The position numbers were made by a program, and so were the translations under genes. A model generated the notes under the pieces. That model worked only from the letters and a program-made list of their open reading frames with translations, was not told the DNA's origin and made no database searches. Source: Octopus vulgaris (Eukaryota). Taken from it: a stretch of 64,000 bases of DNA. The stretch is from positions 16,554,001 to 16,618,000 of the forward strand of contig OX597827.1 of assembly GCA_951406725.2 (NCBI GenBank), written 5' to 3'. This document shows positions 28,234 to 41,497 of the stretch, piece after piece (positions within the stretch are counted from its first letter, which is position 1; every line of letters starts with the position of its first letter).

Positions 28234-28433
28234 TGCACATTCATACACACACAGACATACATACTTAAATATTATATATATTATATATGCATGATATACA
28301 TACATGCATACACACACACACACACATATATATACAACTTATAAACAAGGGCAAAAGAAAAAAAATTCTAATGCCAAATATGCCGAAACTAGACACATCG
28401 TCCATAACCATATAATTCATCACTATAAGCAAA

Positions 28434-28480
<47 letters not shown>
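27890..28480. repeat. ~290 bp tandem duplication with (CA)n
   Basis: Block tgccaaatatgccgaaactagac at 28081 and 28372. Confidence 0.9.
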
Positions 28481-28486
<6 letters not shown>

Positions 28487-29052
28487 CTGATGTTCATAAT
28501 GGAGCGTAAGCCAAAAATATGAAAAAAAAACAGTGTAAAGGAAATAGCTCGGGGCATGCTTTGTAAACTCATTTGAATCAGGATTAATATAAGTAATATT
28601 TTTCAAAATGTTCTTAATTTGCTAATATAAGAAGTAATATGAAGTAATAATACTGCCTGAATCAGCCATTTTAATGTACCAAATTGGGTTATTAATATTC
28701 TGAAGTAAGTCTATAATAGCATTTGCTAAACTCATTGTTATTTTGAAATAACAGCAGAGTTGCAAGGTAAATTTAAATGGAAAGAAACGAGAAATATGGA
28801 GTAGCGTAGCATAGAATTAACCATTGATTTTAAATACCATTCGATACTGTTCCTCTTGAAAACCAAATGTGATGCGGAAATTGCATGAATATAATGATAA
28901 AAGCTAAACTGAAAAGAAATTTTAAGTCAGACCAATCTAACTTGTGAGAATACTTTTGCATTCGAATGCAATTATCTTTAAAGAGGCAATTCTTCGGGAT
29001 ATGCATTTATGAGTAGAAGACTTGATTATATTGCGGTCGGAAAGACTTTTTA

Positions 29053-29673
29053 GAATGAAGTTGAGGATAATGAAAAATGAAACTTGAAATTTAGTATGCA
29101 CCTCCAATTCGGAACACAGATACCTCAAAACCTTAACTTTTCTCCACCAACATCATACAAAGTAATGAATCTGCAATTAAAATCTAGATTACAAAACGAA
29201 ACATTTATTTAAAAATTTGTTTCCATATGTTAGAAAACGTATGCCCTCAGAATTTTTAGTAGAGGTCGTTCACTTGCGTTTCTCAGTAGAAAACTTGTAA
29301 TAGGGGCGTAACAGATAAAATGCAATACACAACGTGCTCTAGTGTCCAAAACTTAAAATTAGACTAAGAAATATGTTATGTTATAATCCAGCCTTCAGTT
29401 GTAACGTAAGTACAAATAGTACCACAGGTTTTTCGCATTTATTCTCTTCAGTTCTGACGAATCGGAAAATATGAGATTTGTCATAGAATTTTCCTCAAGC
29501 TTAGTAGTTATTGTAAAAATTTGCAAGCTTCTAATGAAGCTTGCAAATTTTAATTGCAGATTCATTACTTTGTATGATGTTGATGGAGAAAAGTTAAGGT
29601 TTTGAGGTATTTGAGTTTTGAATTGGAGGTGCATACTAAATTTAAAGTTTCATTTTTCATTATCCTCACTTCT
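29053..29673. mobile_element. Degenerate MITE / long inverted repeat
   Basis: ~130 bp arms at 29053-29183 and 29547-29673 are reverse complements. Confidence 0.65.
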
Positions 29674-29882
29674 AAGAAAGCAACGAAAAGCATGAGGTAT
29701 TATTTATTACGTTTCAGTTTCCAATATATTACTCTCTCTTCATCTCTTGCTTACACTTACACCTTTACATTCAACTCATTGTGTCTCTCTCCCTCTCTCT
29801 CCCTCTCTCTCTCATTCTGTCTCACTCACTCACTTACTTACTCACTCATTCACTCACTCACCCACTCACTATCTCTCTCCCC

Positions 29883-29946
<64 letters not shown>

Positions 29947-30122
29947 TAATAATAATAATAATATTAGGGAGTATAGCTCCAAACTTACAGGGAAAATTCG
30001 ATTTAGTATTAAATCAAATTAGAGATAAAACCACTATTATGCAGCTCAAACAGTGATAGACATAAACCAAAAAATAAATATCAAATAATATAATCTTTAA
30101 ATATATATATATATATATATAT

Positions 30123-30345
30123 ACCGGAGTAAACACATAAATGTGAAACAAGGTGGAAAAAAGAGTACTCAAATACCAGTGGTAGAGTAATATGCTTTAT
30201 TTTAAGCAGCAGAAAATTCAACAAAATCTGTTACTCTGAGTTTCTCGTTCATCAGACAGTTTTTGCTAGCAAAAACTGTCTGATGAACGGCAACGAGAAA
30301 CTCGGAGTAACAGATTTTGTTGAATTTTCTGCTGCTTAAAATAAA

Positions 30346-30346
<1 letters not shown>
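30123..30346. mobile_element. Palindromic hammerhead-bearing PLE-like insert
   Basis: Arms 30195-30267 and 30268-30346 are reverse complements apart from a 6-nt indel and one substitution; in (TA)n. Confidence 0.7.
30276..30313 (+). ncRNA. Type I hammerhead motif (right arm of palindrome)
   Basis: cugu CUGAUGA a-cg-gcaa-cg-a GAAA cuc-g-gag UA acag; mirror copy on the minus strand at 30228-30259 has a stem II deletion. Confidence 0.75.
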
Positions 30347-30388
<42 letters not shown>

Positions 30389-30505
30389 TTATATATATAT
30401 ATATATTATATATTATATTAATTATATTTATATTATTTGTTATTTATGTATTGGTTTATGTCTATCACTGTTTGAGTTGCATAATAGTGGTTTTATCTCT
30501 AATTC

Positions 30506-30559
<54 letters not shown>

Positions 30560-30561
<2 letters not shown>

Positions 30562-31325
30562 ATTAAAAAAAACACATAGATAAATATACAAACGAACATT
30601 TACTACATTACGCAGGCGAACAGAAAGCACAGAAGCTCACCAACTGCTCATCAGTTATTGGCCAGAGAAGTCGAACGCAATTTCAGCCATTATCGATAAA
30701 ATTGCTTCCACCCTAGAGGCACCGGCAAGAAACTTGCCGGGAATGGGACCAAAACATAACGAAACGAAGCCGTTAGTGGACGGATAAGGGACAAAACAAT
30801 AAACAGAATGAAGGCTTAGGCCCAGACAAAGACAACAATTAATAACAAAATAGTAATACATATACAAAAAATGCCTTATGGCTGCAAAATATATGCAACA
30901 AAAAAGCCTTATGGCTGCGAAGGAGAAATGAAAACTGTCCTAAACGACTATAGACACGGGAATGGTGCAGCAAGGAGCAAAGAGAATAGTGATCGGTCCG
31001 GTCCAAGGCAACGTGAAAAAGAATGACACCACCTTAGGTCGTCATGGGTCACGTGATAGTTGTTTTTGCCTAGCCCTAAGCCTTTATTCTGTTTTTTGTT
31101 TTGTCCCTCGTCCTTCCATTAACGGTCTCGTTTCGTTACGTTTTGGTCCCGTTCCCGGCAAATTTCTTGCCGGTGCCTCCAGAGTGGAAGCAATATTATC
31201 GATAATGGCCGAAATGGCGTTAGGCATCCTTGGCCAATAACTGATGAGGAGTTGGTGACTTTCTGTTCATCTGTGTATTTAGTACATTCTCGTTTGTTTA
31301 ATTACTTACACGCTTTTTTAATTAT
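30560..31325. repeat. Long diverged inverted repeat after (TA)n
   Basis: ~280 bp arms at 30560-30845 and 31055-31325; reflected in the mirrored ORFs ...GKFLAGASRVEAILSIMAE. Confidence 0.75.
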
Positions 31326-31877
31326 ATATAGGCATGTCAAATTTTCCGTTTGTAGTCATTTTGCTTAATCCTGACAATATTATTTATGTAACACACGCAC
31401 TCCTTTTCGCTGTCAAAGGAAAGCACCGAGACAACGTTGGCAAGAAACAGTTTAATTTCTGCCCCCCTTAACAGTCTTGACTTCCACATTCCCTTGAGTT
31501 TGTGACACGCTATTCTAATTCATGCTTTTATGAACACACACACATACACACACAAGCACGCGCATACACATGTACATACACACACAACACATGCACACAC
31601 GCTCGCATACACGCAAGCACACATACACACAAACACGAATGTAATAAAGCTTAAAAAATGTTACCTTCTCAATTCATGGCGACTCATAAGGGCGGTTTCC
31701 GGTTTCCATATGGTATAAATTCCCTACATAGACGGGACACCGGTACGTCGCAGGATTACTGATTTTTGCCAGCTTAGTTGACTAGACCAAGGTGAAATGA
31801 AGTGTTTTGCTCAAGAACACAACGCCGGTGACCCAGACCGATAAGCAAAACCACAAACTTACTCCCACACCCTAACC

Positions 31878-32294
31878 TATTTCTTTACTACCCACAAGGA
31901 GCTAAACACAGAGAGGACTAACAAGAACAGACAAACGGATCATATCGATTATATCGTCCTCAGTGCGCAACTGGTACTTATTTAATCGACCCCGAAATGA
32001 TGAAAGGCAAAGTCAACCTCGGCGGAATTTGAACTCAGAACGCAGCGGCAGGCGAAATACCTATTTCTTTACTACCCACAAGGGGCTAAACACAGAGTGG
32101 ACAAACAAGGACAGACAGACGGATTAAGTCGATTATATCGACCCCAGTGCGTAACTGGTACTTATTTAATCGACCCCGAAAGGATGAAAGGCAAAGTCGA
32201 CCTCGGTGGAATTTGAACTCACAACGTAACGGCAGACGAAACACGGCTACGCATTTCGCCCGGCGTGCTAACGTTTCTACCAGCTCACCGCCTT
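31878..32294 (-). mobile_element. SINE S2, tandem form
   Basis: Full unit plus a second unit restarting at gtatttcg. Confidence 0.8.
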
Positions 32295-32923
32295 AACCAC
32301 TAAGCCATGCACCTCCACTATCAAAGTGCTGGACTGCTCTAACACATAATTCCACTCTAGACATCATATATTGAGTACTATTTATTGATTATTGTTAATC
32401 TCGTCGATGTTAACATATGCCTCGGTTATATACATACATAGATATATAGACACAAACGTGCGCACACACGCAGAAACATACACATTCACTCACAAGCTCA
32501 TGAAGTCTTCGGTGTAGGCAATATTCATTTTGTAGTGAAGTGATGTGTGATATGTGCAAGAAATCAGATTTCCTTAATTTCTCCAAGAGAAGATTAATTA
32601 GGCTAAGGTGCAAGCAAGCAATGATTGCGTTTGCTGTGATGCAAGTGAAGACGACAACGGTAGTGGTGTTGGAATTGGTTGAAGTTGTAATCGTTGTTAT
32701 TGTTGTTGTTGTTGTTTTTTAGTGATAGTGCTGCTGTTAATGGTGATGATGACGGTGATTCTGAAGCTATTGATGGCCGTCGTCGACTGCCAACAATAGC
32801 GAACAGCAAGAATATTAGATTAAAGGAACTAGCGAGAAGCGTGGCGAGCAATAAACGGGTTGGCGATGGGTTAAGGATCAAGTAAGACATAACAAATGGA
32901 CAACAGCAGAAATATATAAATGG

Positions 32924-32924
<1 letters not shown>

Positions 32925-32988
<64 letters not shown>

Positions 32989-33002
32989 TACTACTGCGAC
33001 TG

Positions 33003-33034
<32 letters not shown>

Positions 33035-33128
33035 GCTACTACTACTACTACTACTAATAATAATAATACTACTACTAATACTACTACTTCTACTACTACT
33101 GCGACTGCTACTACTACTACTACTGCGG

Positions 33129-33166
<38 letters not shown>

Positions 33167-33170
33167 GCGG

Positions 33171-33210
<40 letters not shown>

Positions 33211-33254
33211 GACTACTACTACTACTGCGACTGATGCTGCTGCTACTACTACTA

Positions 33255-33286
<32 letters not shown>

Positions 33287-33359
33287 ACAACTACCACTAC
33301 TACTACTACTGTTACTACTACTACTACTACTACTACAACTACTAGTACTGCTGCTGCTG

Positions 33360-33393
<34 letters not shown>

Positions 33394-33479
33394 AACTACT
33401 AGTACTGCTGCTGCTGCTGCTGCTACTACTACTACTACTACTACTACTACTGCTACTACTACTACTACTACTACTACTA
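32925..33479. repeat. (CTA/CTG)n microsatellite
   Basis: Direct observation; similar tracts at 35365-35772 and 38556-38935. Confidence 0.95.
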
Positions 33480-33684
33480 GTGATATTTTCCTTTGCTTCT
33501 TGACAACGTATTTTCTTGCAGAATACGTGGTGCGATAGAGAATAAGGTTTTCTAATTTGGTATTCTTTATTGAATACGAGGGCCAACTACACAAGGTACA
33601 GAACATTTTATGCATAGGCGTAGTATACGTACTTCTTCTGGCGGAAAGGTGAAGTCTGCACTGGTGAAGCTAATACATGTATGC

Positions 33685-33740
<56 letters not shown>

Positions 33741-34011
33741 TAGAGGAGGTACAGCAAGGGAAGATGAAAGAGTCTAAACAGGCTTAGTAGGAACAGTGTG
33801 GGTGCGTGTGTGTGTGTGTGTATGTGTGTATGTGTGTTACATCCCTACACACTGATTTATAATGCCTTCTTTCTATAGAAATTTAAGAAAGAAAAATTGC
33901 CATCTCCTATGGCCGAATTATTTCCTTGAACAGAAACGAAATATGGTAAACGATTCTTTCAAAATATTTCTGTTTTCTATCCCATGCGAAGTTACGCAGG
34001 TACTTAAAGAG

Positions 34012-34402
34012 GTGGAGGCGCAATGGCCCAGTGGTTAGGGCAGCGGACTCGCGGTCATAGGATCGCGGTTTCGATTCCCAGACCGGGCGCTGTGAGTGTT
34101 TATTGAGCGAAAACACCTAAAAGCTCCACGAGGCTCCGGCAGGGGATGGTGGTGATCCCTGCTGTACTCTTTCGCCACAACTTTCTCTCACTCTTACTTC
34201 TTGTTTCTGTTGTACCTGTATTTCAAAGGGCCGGCCTTGTCACTCTCTGTGTCACGCTGAATATCCCCGAGAACTACGTTAAGGGTACACGTGTCTGTGG
34301 CGTGCTCAGCCACTTACACGTTAATTTCACGAGCAGGCTGTTCCGTTGATTCGGATCAACCGGAACCCTCGTCGTCGTAACCGACGGAGTGCTTCCAACA
34401 AC
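34012..34402 (+). mobile_element. SINE S3, tail type b
   Basis: Flanked by the TSD-like repeat acttaaagag at ~34002-34011 and ~34401-34410. Confidence 0.85.
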
Positions 34403-34966
34403 TTAAAGAGACGCGCTGTGAAATCAGTTGTAGTTGAATCGCGCTGGTTTATAAATTCAAATATATCACTGCTTGATTTATAAGCATACAAAAGCAATGT
34501 AAGGGAACATTTGGAAACCAAACAATGCAAACTGTAATTATAGACAAAAGAAAGAATCCACTCGACTGTATATGAAAAAGGTAGCAGCATCCAGAAATTT
34601 TTAAAATACAAAATTTGGGGAGAGTTAGGGGGCTTCGAACAAGCAAATAACAACAGAGTGGACGCACAAAGTAAACAATCTACGAAGACAAATATTAAGG
34701 GCCGTTAGGCCTAGACTAATTGTAATGGGTAACGTCCGGGGAATCTAATGCTCTTAGTTTAGTTATTCTTTGGGGCTGGCCAGATTGGAGCAATCTCAAG
34801 AATAATCAGCCGAAATTGCAAGGATAATCTGATGCTTGACTGAGGAAAGAAAACTTCGAATGACCCGTACTTGTTTCTTTTGTATCGTCTACCTGGATGT
34901 TTTGTTATCCCTTTTTGTATCACCTAGCTGTCCGGATGTTTTGCGTTCTTGTGCCATTTTGTATTT

Positions 34967-35016
<50 letters not shown>

Positions 35017-35365
35017 CACGTGTATGCAATATTTATCTAGTGATGCTGTGTAATATGTGCAAGAAATCAGAATTCCTTAATTTCTCCAAGAGAAGATTAA
35101 TTAAAGTGAAGTGTTACCAATAACTGTGTTACACGCTAGGTGTAGTGGTGACAAGAGATTTGCTGGCAATAGTGGTGACGGTCAGAAGGAGGTTGACGGT
35201 GTTGATGAGCGTCAGTGACTACCACGTACAACGGTGGTGGACGACAATATTAGATTAAGCGAACTAGGTCGAAACTATGGCGAGCAGTATGTGAGTTGGC
35301 GGAGGGTTATGTGAGGGGTCAAGTGAGACAGCGAATAGACAATGATGAACTGATATGAAATAAAG

Positions 35366-35415
<50 letters not shown>

Positions 35416-35472
35416 GCTGCTGCTACTGTTGCTGCTGCTACTGCTGCTGCTGCTGCTACTGCTGCTGCTTCT

Positions 35473-35512
<40 letters not shown>

Positions 35513-35558
35513 GTTAGTGTTGCTGCTGCAACTACTACAGCTGCTGCTGCTGCTGCTG

Positions 35559-35596
<38 letters not shown>

Positions 35597-35684
35597 GTTA
35601 GTGTTGCTGCTGCAACTACTACAGCTGCTGCTGCTGCTACTACTACTACTACTACTACTGCAGCTGCTACTACCACTGCTGCTG

Positions 35685-35774
<90 letters not shown>

Positions 35775-36639
35775 GTTGAATGTGTTCTTTTTCTTTCTTT
35801 TTCTCCTACAATTTTCTTCTTCATCCCTCGTCTTTGTAACCTTCGTTGTCTTCGTATTTCCCTTCGTTTCTCAACACATGCAACGTTAACCTTACCTTAA
35901 TCATCGTTTCCTTCTTTTGTCATAGTATCGCAAGCCCAGTTCGTCAGGGATATCGGGATAGATATCCTTCCTTTTTCCAATTCCTGAGAATGTTTTAGCT
36001 GTGGAGCCTTCCTTGCCGCTCGATTTAGAGGCATTCAGAGGTAACCCATTCGAATCGGGTCGTAGGAGAGCCGTGACGACATGCACCGGGACGTCGTCGT
36101 TGTGTGTCGAATACCTCGAATAAAGAAGCAGACGACAGCATACTGAAAGAGTACCAAGATCATTACAAACGTACACATCAACCGCGATTACATGATAATC
36201 TTGCAACTAATCTCTTGCGGAGTCTATTCCATGCTGGCCAGCAGTGATTCTTGCTCGAACCGAGAGTCTCCCGAAGAGGTTCGGTGTTTAGTAGGGCCAG
36301 ATCTCCAAATGGACAGGAAGCAAGATGCCGAGAGTAGGGTGGCCAACCTTACTCAGGAAGAGCCTGAAAAAAAGTAAGTCGGAAGTGGATAATGCCTGCA
36401 TCATTTCAATCGTGTGCTATTGTCTGGCAGTCGTACTTTGTCCCAAGAAACACCGATGAAGCTGGAACGCATGCGTTCCTTCTTCTTTTGGAAAGCCATG
36501 TTCAGGAAATCCGTCGACAAATTTCACTCCGGATGACAGATACTGCCGACACGTGTGTCTGCAAAAATAGCTGCACCACAGCAACAGTGATGACAACGAC
36601 GAAAATACGGTCGGACAGGTATTATGTGGGTTTGAAAAG

Positions 36640-36960
36640 GGACATTTTCCTATCTAGCAAGGAACTCATCAACTTTTTCAACTTGCACTTGAAGAGGAAG
36701 ATGAGGGTAGAGATGGAGGTGATACCTTCTGATGCGTTTATTGGCTGGTGGATGAGAGGGGAAAGGCAAGTCAGAATGAATGGTCCTAACCTGAATATGA
36801 TTTTCTAAGTAGGAGGAAACTGGGAAATGATACATTCCCTGCCTCGAATATGATAGAGTAATCTGGGTCCTTCAGTTGGGTTTCCGTTGTATTGCCCTAG
36901 GTGGTCTTTCTCACAACTGGGAAATTTTCCTTCTTCAGTTTTTTTTTATTGTAAAATTAT
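36640..36960 (+). mobile_element. L1/Tx1-like 3' fragment (diverged)
   Basis: ELINFFNLHLKRKMRVEMEV..DAFIGWW..MNGPNL is homologous to the other two copies. Confidence 0.55.
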
Positions 36961-37499
36961 GTCATAAGTTTTATTTTTGTTGATTTTTCTTGATGTAAAA
37001 TCCACTCTCGTGTTATGCATTTCGTCCTTGGTATTGTCCTCAATGCTTCGAGCTCATGTGCCAATAACCTGATGAGCTAGCAGAATCTTTAACCCGAGAA
37101 AATACTGAGCAGTATTTCGTCCATCTTCCCGTTCTGAGTTCAAATGTTGCCGCGGTCGACTTTGCTTTTCATCCTTTCGGGGACTAATGTCAAGTACTGG
37201 GGTTGATGTATTATTTGCTTAATCTACTCTCTCAAAAATTCACATAACTTTTTACAGCAAAATCTTGTATGGACCCCCGAGGGCCATATGGATCCCAGTT
37301 GAAAACCACTTATCTAGATAATTTGAAAAGGTGGACGAGAGACGAAAATTCGAAGTCACTGTCACCACTTACCCATGATAAAATAAATACCACACTTCAA
37401 CTTAATGTATTGAGTGTACCATCATTCAAAGTTAGGATGTTTAATATGTATGTACGTATAAAATCCCACACATCAATATATATATACATATATATATAT

Positions 37500-37656
37500 A
37501 TCTTTTTTTTTCTCTCCTTGTTTCTCTCCTTGTTTTCTGTGACCCATTCTGTAGAAGAGCGTAGGCTCGAAACATCAAAGACTGAGCGTTATACTAATAC
37601 ATCTGTTTGTTTTGTACATCACCTGTCTTCGTCTTTTGTTCTTTTTCGTAAACTCT

Positions 37657-37660
<4 letters not shown>
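37500..37660 (+). mobile_element. PLE pLTR-like relic, family A
   Basis: CTGTAGA agagcgtaggctc GAAA ca TC aaag at 37549-37580; within (TA)n. Confidence 0.55.
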
Positions 37661-37738
<78 letters not shown>

Positions 37739-37921
37739 CTATATGTCTTCGGCTGTCCATTGTAAGTCGACTTTGACTTTTCTTGATCAGTAATCATCTC
37801 TTGTAAGCTCTCATGTGGTGTACAAAGCCTGTTCTTGATCTGCAGCAATTCACACACACACACACACGCATGTGCTCCAGCATGACCACAGTCGCATGAC
37901 TAAAACGCGTAAAAGAATATA

Positions 37922-37982
<61 letters not shown>

Positions 37983-37985
<3 letters not shown>

Positions 37986-38130
37986 GGTCCCGGGTTGATT
38001 CGGGGTTAACCACAGTAAATAAGGTACTCAATACATAGCAGAGTAAAATTAATTTATTATTAGCTTCCTGATGATTTCTCTTGAATGAAACAGTTCTAGT
38101 CCTGTAGAAGCTCCTTCTATATAATAAATA
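37983..38130. mobile_element. Hammerhead-bearing PLE-like mini insert, family B (internally inverted)
   Basis: First ~78 bp match 20141-20216 directly; the rest is the reverse complement of ~20207-20275. Confidence 0.65.
38062..38112 (+). ncRNA. Type I hammerhead motif (same family as 20227)
   Basis: agcuuc CUGAUGA uuucucuugaau GAAA cag-uucuaguc-cug UA gaagcu. Confidence 0.8.
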
Positions 38131-38576
38131 TATATATATATATGTATATATATATGCATGTATGTATGTTTATATGTATACATGTGTTTACATACACCAC
38201 GATATTTGCTTTGTAGTGAAGTAATTCATGTGTGATGTGTGCAAGAAATGAGATTTCCTTAATTTCTCCAGGAGAAGATTAATTAGAGCAAGGTGCGAGC
38301 AATAGTTATGTCTGCGGTACAAGTGGTGATGGCCGCGTTGGTGGTGGTGGTTGTTGCGACGACGCTGCTGCTTATGTCGAAGATGGTGAACGCTGGGAAG
38401 TATTGATAGCCATCATCGACTCCCAACAATAAGCTGACAACATAGAATATTAGATTAAAGTAACTGGGGGCGGTGGGGGAGTGAGCAATAAATGGGGTTG
38501 GTGATGGGTTAAAGATCGAGTGACGGAACAAACGGACAACGATCAAAGCAAAGGAACAACAACAACAATAACAACA

Positions 38577-38647
<71 letters not shown>

Positions 38648-38661
38648 TACTACTTCTACTT

Positions 38662-38692
<31 letters not shown>

Positions 38693-38712
38693 TACTACTA
38701 CTACTACTACTT

Positions 38713-38782
<70 letters not shown>

Positions 38783-38889
38783 TACTTCTACTACTACTAC
38801 TACTACTACTACTATTACTTCTACTACTACTTCTATTACTACTACTACTTCTACTACTACTTCTACTACTACTACTTCTACTACTACTT

Positions 38890-38937
<48 letters not shown>

Positions 38938-40023
38938 TTCTTGTTATTTTCTTTTGTTTGGCAAATGATAAATATTTCTTCTTGTAGCAGAAATGGAGTG
39001 ATAGCGAGCAGGGCTTTCTGATTTTGATTTCTGTCCTGGACATAGAAGACACACCGAAATAAAACTTTTTATTTCAGAAATGATAACAAAACGTGCTGGG
39101 CACTATTTACAGAAGAGGGGAAGAACGTATGTAGTACCGCATAAAATCACATTGAAAATTAATTTTTAATAACACATTGAAAAATTGTTACCCCACTCAA
39201 CTGGAAAGATTTTCTATATATGAAAATGTCAAAAAAGCAGGAAATTTCGATCACCTTAACTTTCGAGTAGATTCTATGACTTGACTGCATTCGTCAGTCA
39301 AAATTCAAGAATTGACCATCTCACACGTAGCAAATTTGTCTCTTGCATCCATTTCTTTTATCGAGTTCGTGAGGAGGCGGCACCTACCATTTCATCCTCA
39401 TTCTACACTTCAAACTGAACCTGAAGACATTGATGAGATATATTGTGAGGGATTTACAGAATGAAACTATGTGATGGTATCTATTCCACCATTCTACTAC
39501 AAACTGTTCTACCATATTCTCCAATCATAAATAATTTTACAGTCATAAAAATTCAGTTAATTACTGATTTAGTCACAAACTGAATGTGATATAATAATGC
39601 TCAGATAACTCAAAATTGTTGCAATATTTTTAATGCATTTAGGGAAGGCTTTGTTAGACGCAACTTTTCCAAACCCTTTTACCCTGCAGCAGCTTTCATC
39701 ATACTCTCAAGACCGAGAAAACTTACCTGTCCCTAAATGAATAAGGAAGACAGTGGGAAGATCTTTAAAAGGGGTCTTGGTCAAGGGACGGATTCTACAT
39801 GAGATAACAGTCGTTCGACATCGTTCCACGTTTTAGCAATATTTCCAAACACTAGACAATTACGTGACGAAACGGATTCATCGATGTCTGCGCATTTCGG
39901 ACAGATACCACTGATGACAGATAGGCATCTTCGCAATTTATATGGACGAGATAATGCCCTCCACTAGCACGGGCAGGTAGGGATTTCCACGCTCAATGTT
40001 TCTACGGAAACTTTATCGCTCAG

Positions 40024-40703
40024 CATGTCCGGTAAAGTTCACCGTCATCAATTCACCGTAGGGAAAGTTCACCGTATGAATTTTATTGACATAATTTTCC
40101 AACTTCAATTTTTCTCTCCTTCATTTTTTTCAATAAAATAACTTTTAACTATCAATGGTGAAATACTATTGATATATTTTCTTGGTAAACTTGCCTTGCA
40201 GTGAACTTTCCTCATGGTGAACTTTCTTAACGATGAATCGATGGCGGTAAACTTTCCTGCGAGCTGGCAGAAATGTTAGCACACCTGGCGAAATACTTAG
40301 CAGCATTTCGTCTGCCGTTAGTTTCTGAGTTCAAATTCCGCCGAGGTCGACATTGCCTTTCATCCTTTCAGGATCGATAAATTAAGTACCAGTTACGCAC
40401 TGGGGTCGATGTAATAGACTTAATCCCTTTGTCTGTCCTTGTTTGTCCCCTCTGTGTTTAGCCCCTTGTGGGTAGTAAAGAAATAAGTATTTCGGCTGTC
40501 TTTACGTTCTGAGTTCAAATTCCGTCGAGGTCGACATTGCCTTTCATCCTTTCGGGGTCGATAAATTAAGTACCAGTTACGCACTGGGGTCGATGTAATC
40601 GACTTAATCCGTTTGTCCCCTCTGTATTTAGCCCCTTGTGGGTAGTAAAGAAATAGGTAAACTCTCCTGCAATGAATTGATGTAGGTGAACTTATCTTCA
40701 CTC
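40024..40703. mobile_element. MITE-like element with 9-bp TSD (Mutator-like) containing a nested SINE
   Basis: Direct repeat atcgctcag at 40015-40023 and 40704-40712; repeated subterminal aaagttcacc / ggtgaacttt in inverted orientation. Confidence 0.6.
40260..40656 (+). mobile_element. SINE S2, tandem form nested in a MITE
   Basis: Same restart junction aagaaataagtatttcg at ~40478-40494. Confidence 0.8.
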
Positions 40704-41179
40704 ATCGCTCAGATCAACCACCAAGCGATGCGGTCGTTCCATCGAGAATCCTCAGAGAAATCTCAACAGTGTTATAGCCATCCGTGCAAAGTAGTAAACA
40801 CGGATTAGTATTGGATCCTTAGACTCGTAGGGTCAGTGTACCCATGCCTTAAGACGGTACTAGCCGGCTCGCCAGACTGGTAGAGGGCTGTGAACACTTG
40901 GTGGCATTACAGACGCCAGGTCTCCATTCTTCGCTAGCACTTGATCAAATATGCTCTTGACTAACACTTCACGGCGACAAATTATGTCCATCATCGAGGA
41001 TTCCCTGTAAATGTCTGTATTTCAATGCTCTGTCACCTATAGCATATTGATCTCTCAGTGCAGAAGGGTGTTGAGAGCAAACGGACCTTCTAATCCGGGA
41101 AATCTAACTTTTATAAAACGAAGGGAAGGACAGACACTCTAACTTCATTTAATGTAAAGAAGGCTTGACAGTAAAACAG

Positions 41180-41497
41180 TTGTTTGTTTTTGTTGTTTGT
41201 TCCTTCTCGAGCCATGCCTGACTCATAAGGGCCGGTTTCCCGGTTTCCTTGGCGTATAGGTTCCCCACCTGGATGGGACGCCGGTCCATCGCAGGTGAGC
41301 TGCAAGATGCAGGAGGAAAGAGTGAGAGAAAGTTGTAGCGAAAGAGTCAGCAGAAGTTCGCCATTACCTTCTGCCGGAGCCGCGTGCAGCTTAGGTGTTT
41401 TCGCTCATAAACACACATATCGCCCGGTCTGAGATTCGAACGCGCGTTCCCTCGACCGCGAGTCCGGTGCTCTAACCACTAGGCCATGTGCCTCCAC
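41180..41497 (-). mobile_element. SINE S3-related, tail type d
   Basis: Head gtggaggcacatggcctagtgg; body cctgcgatggaccggcgtcccatccagg; TSD agtaaaacagt. Confidence 0.8.

Noticed and set aside
32694-32885. Coding exon NIRLKELARSVASNKRVGDGLRIK followed by gtaag
   Set aside because: Paralogous copies differ in length and translation and the acceptor is weak; kept only as a hypothesis in the findings
35901-36640. ORFs of 101 and 138 aa next to a Tx1-like fragment
   Set aside because: No recognisable domain; possibly decayed LINE sequence but cannot be supported without a search
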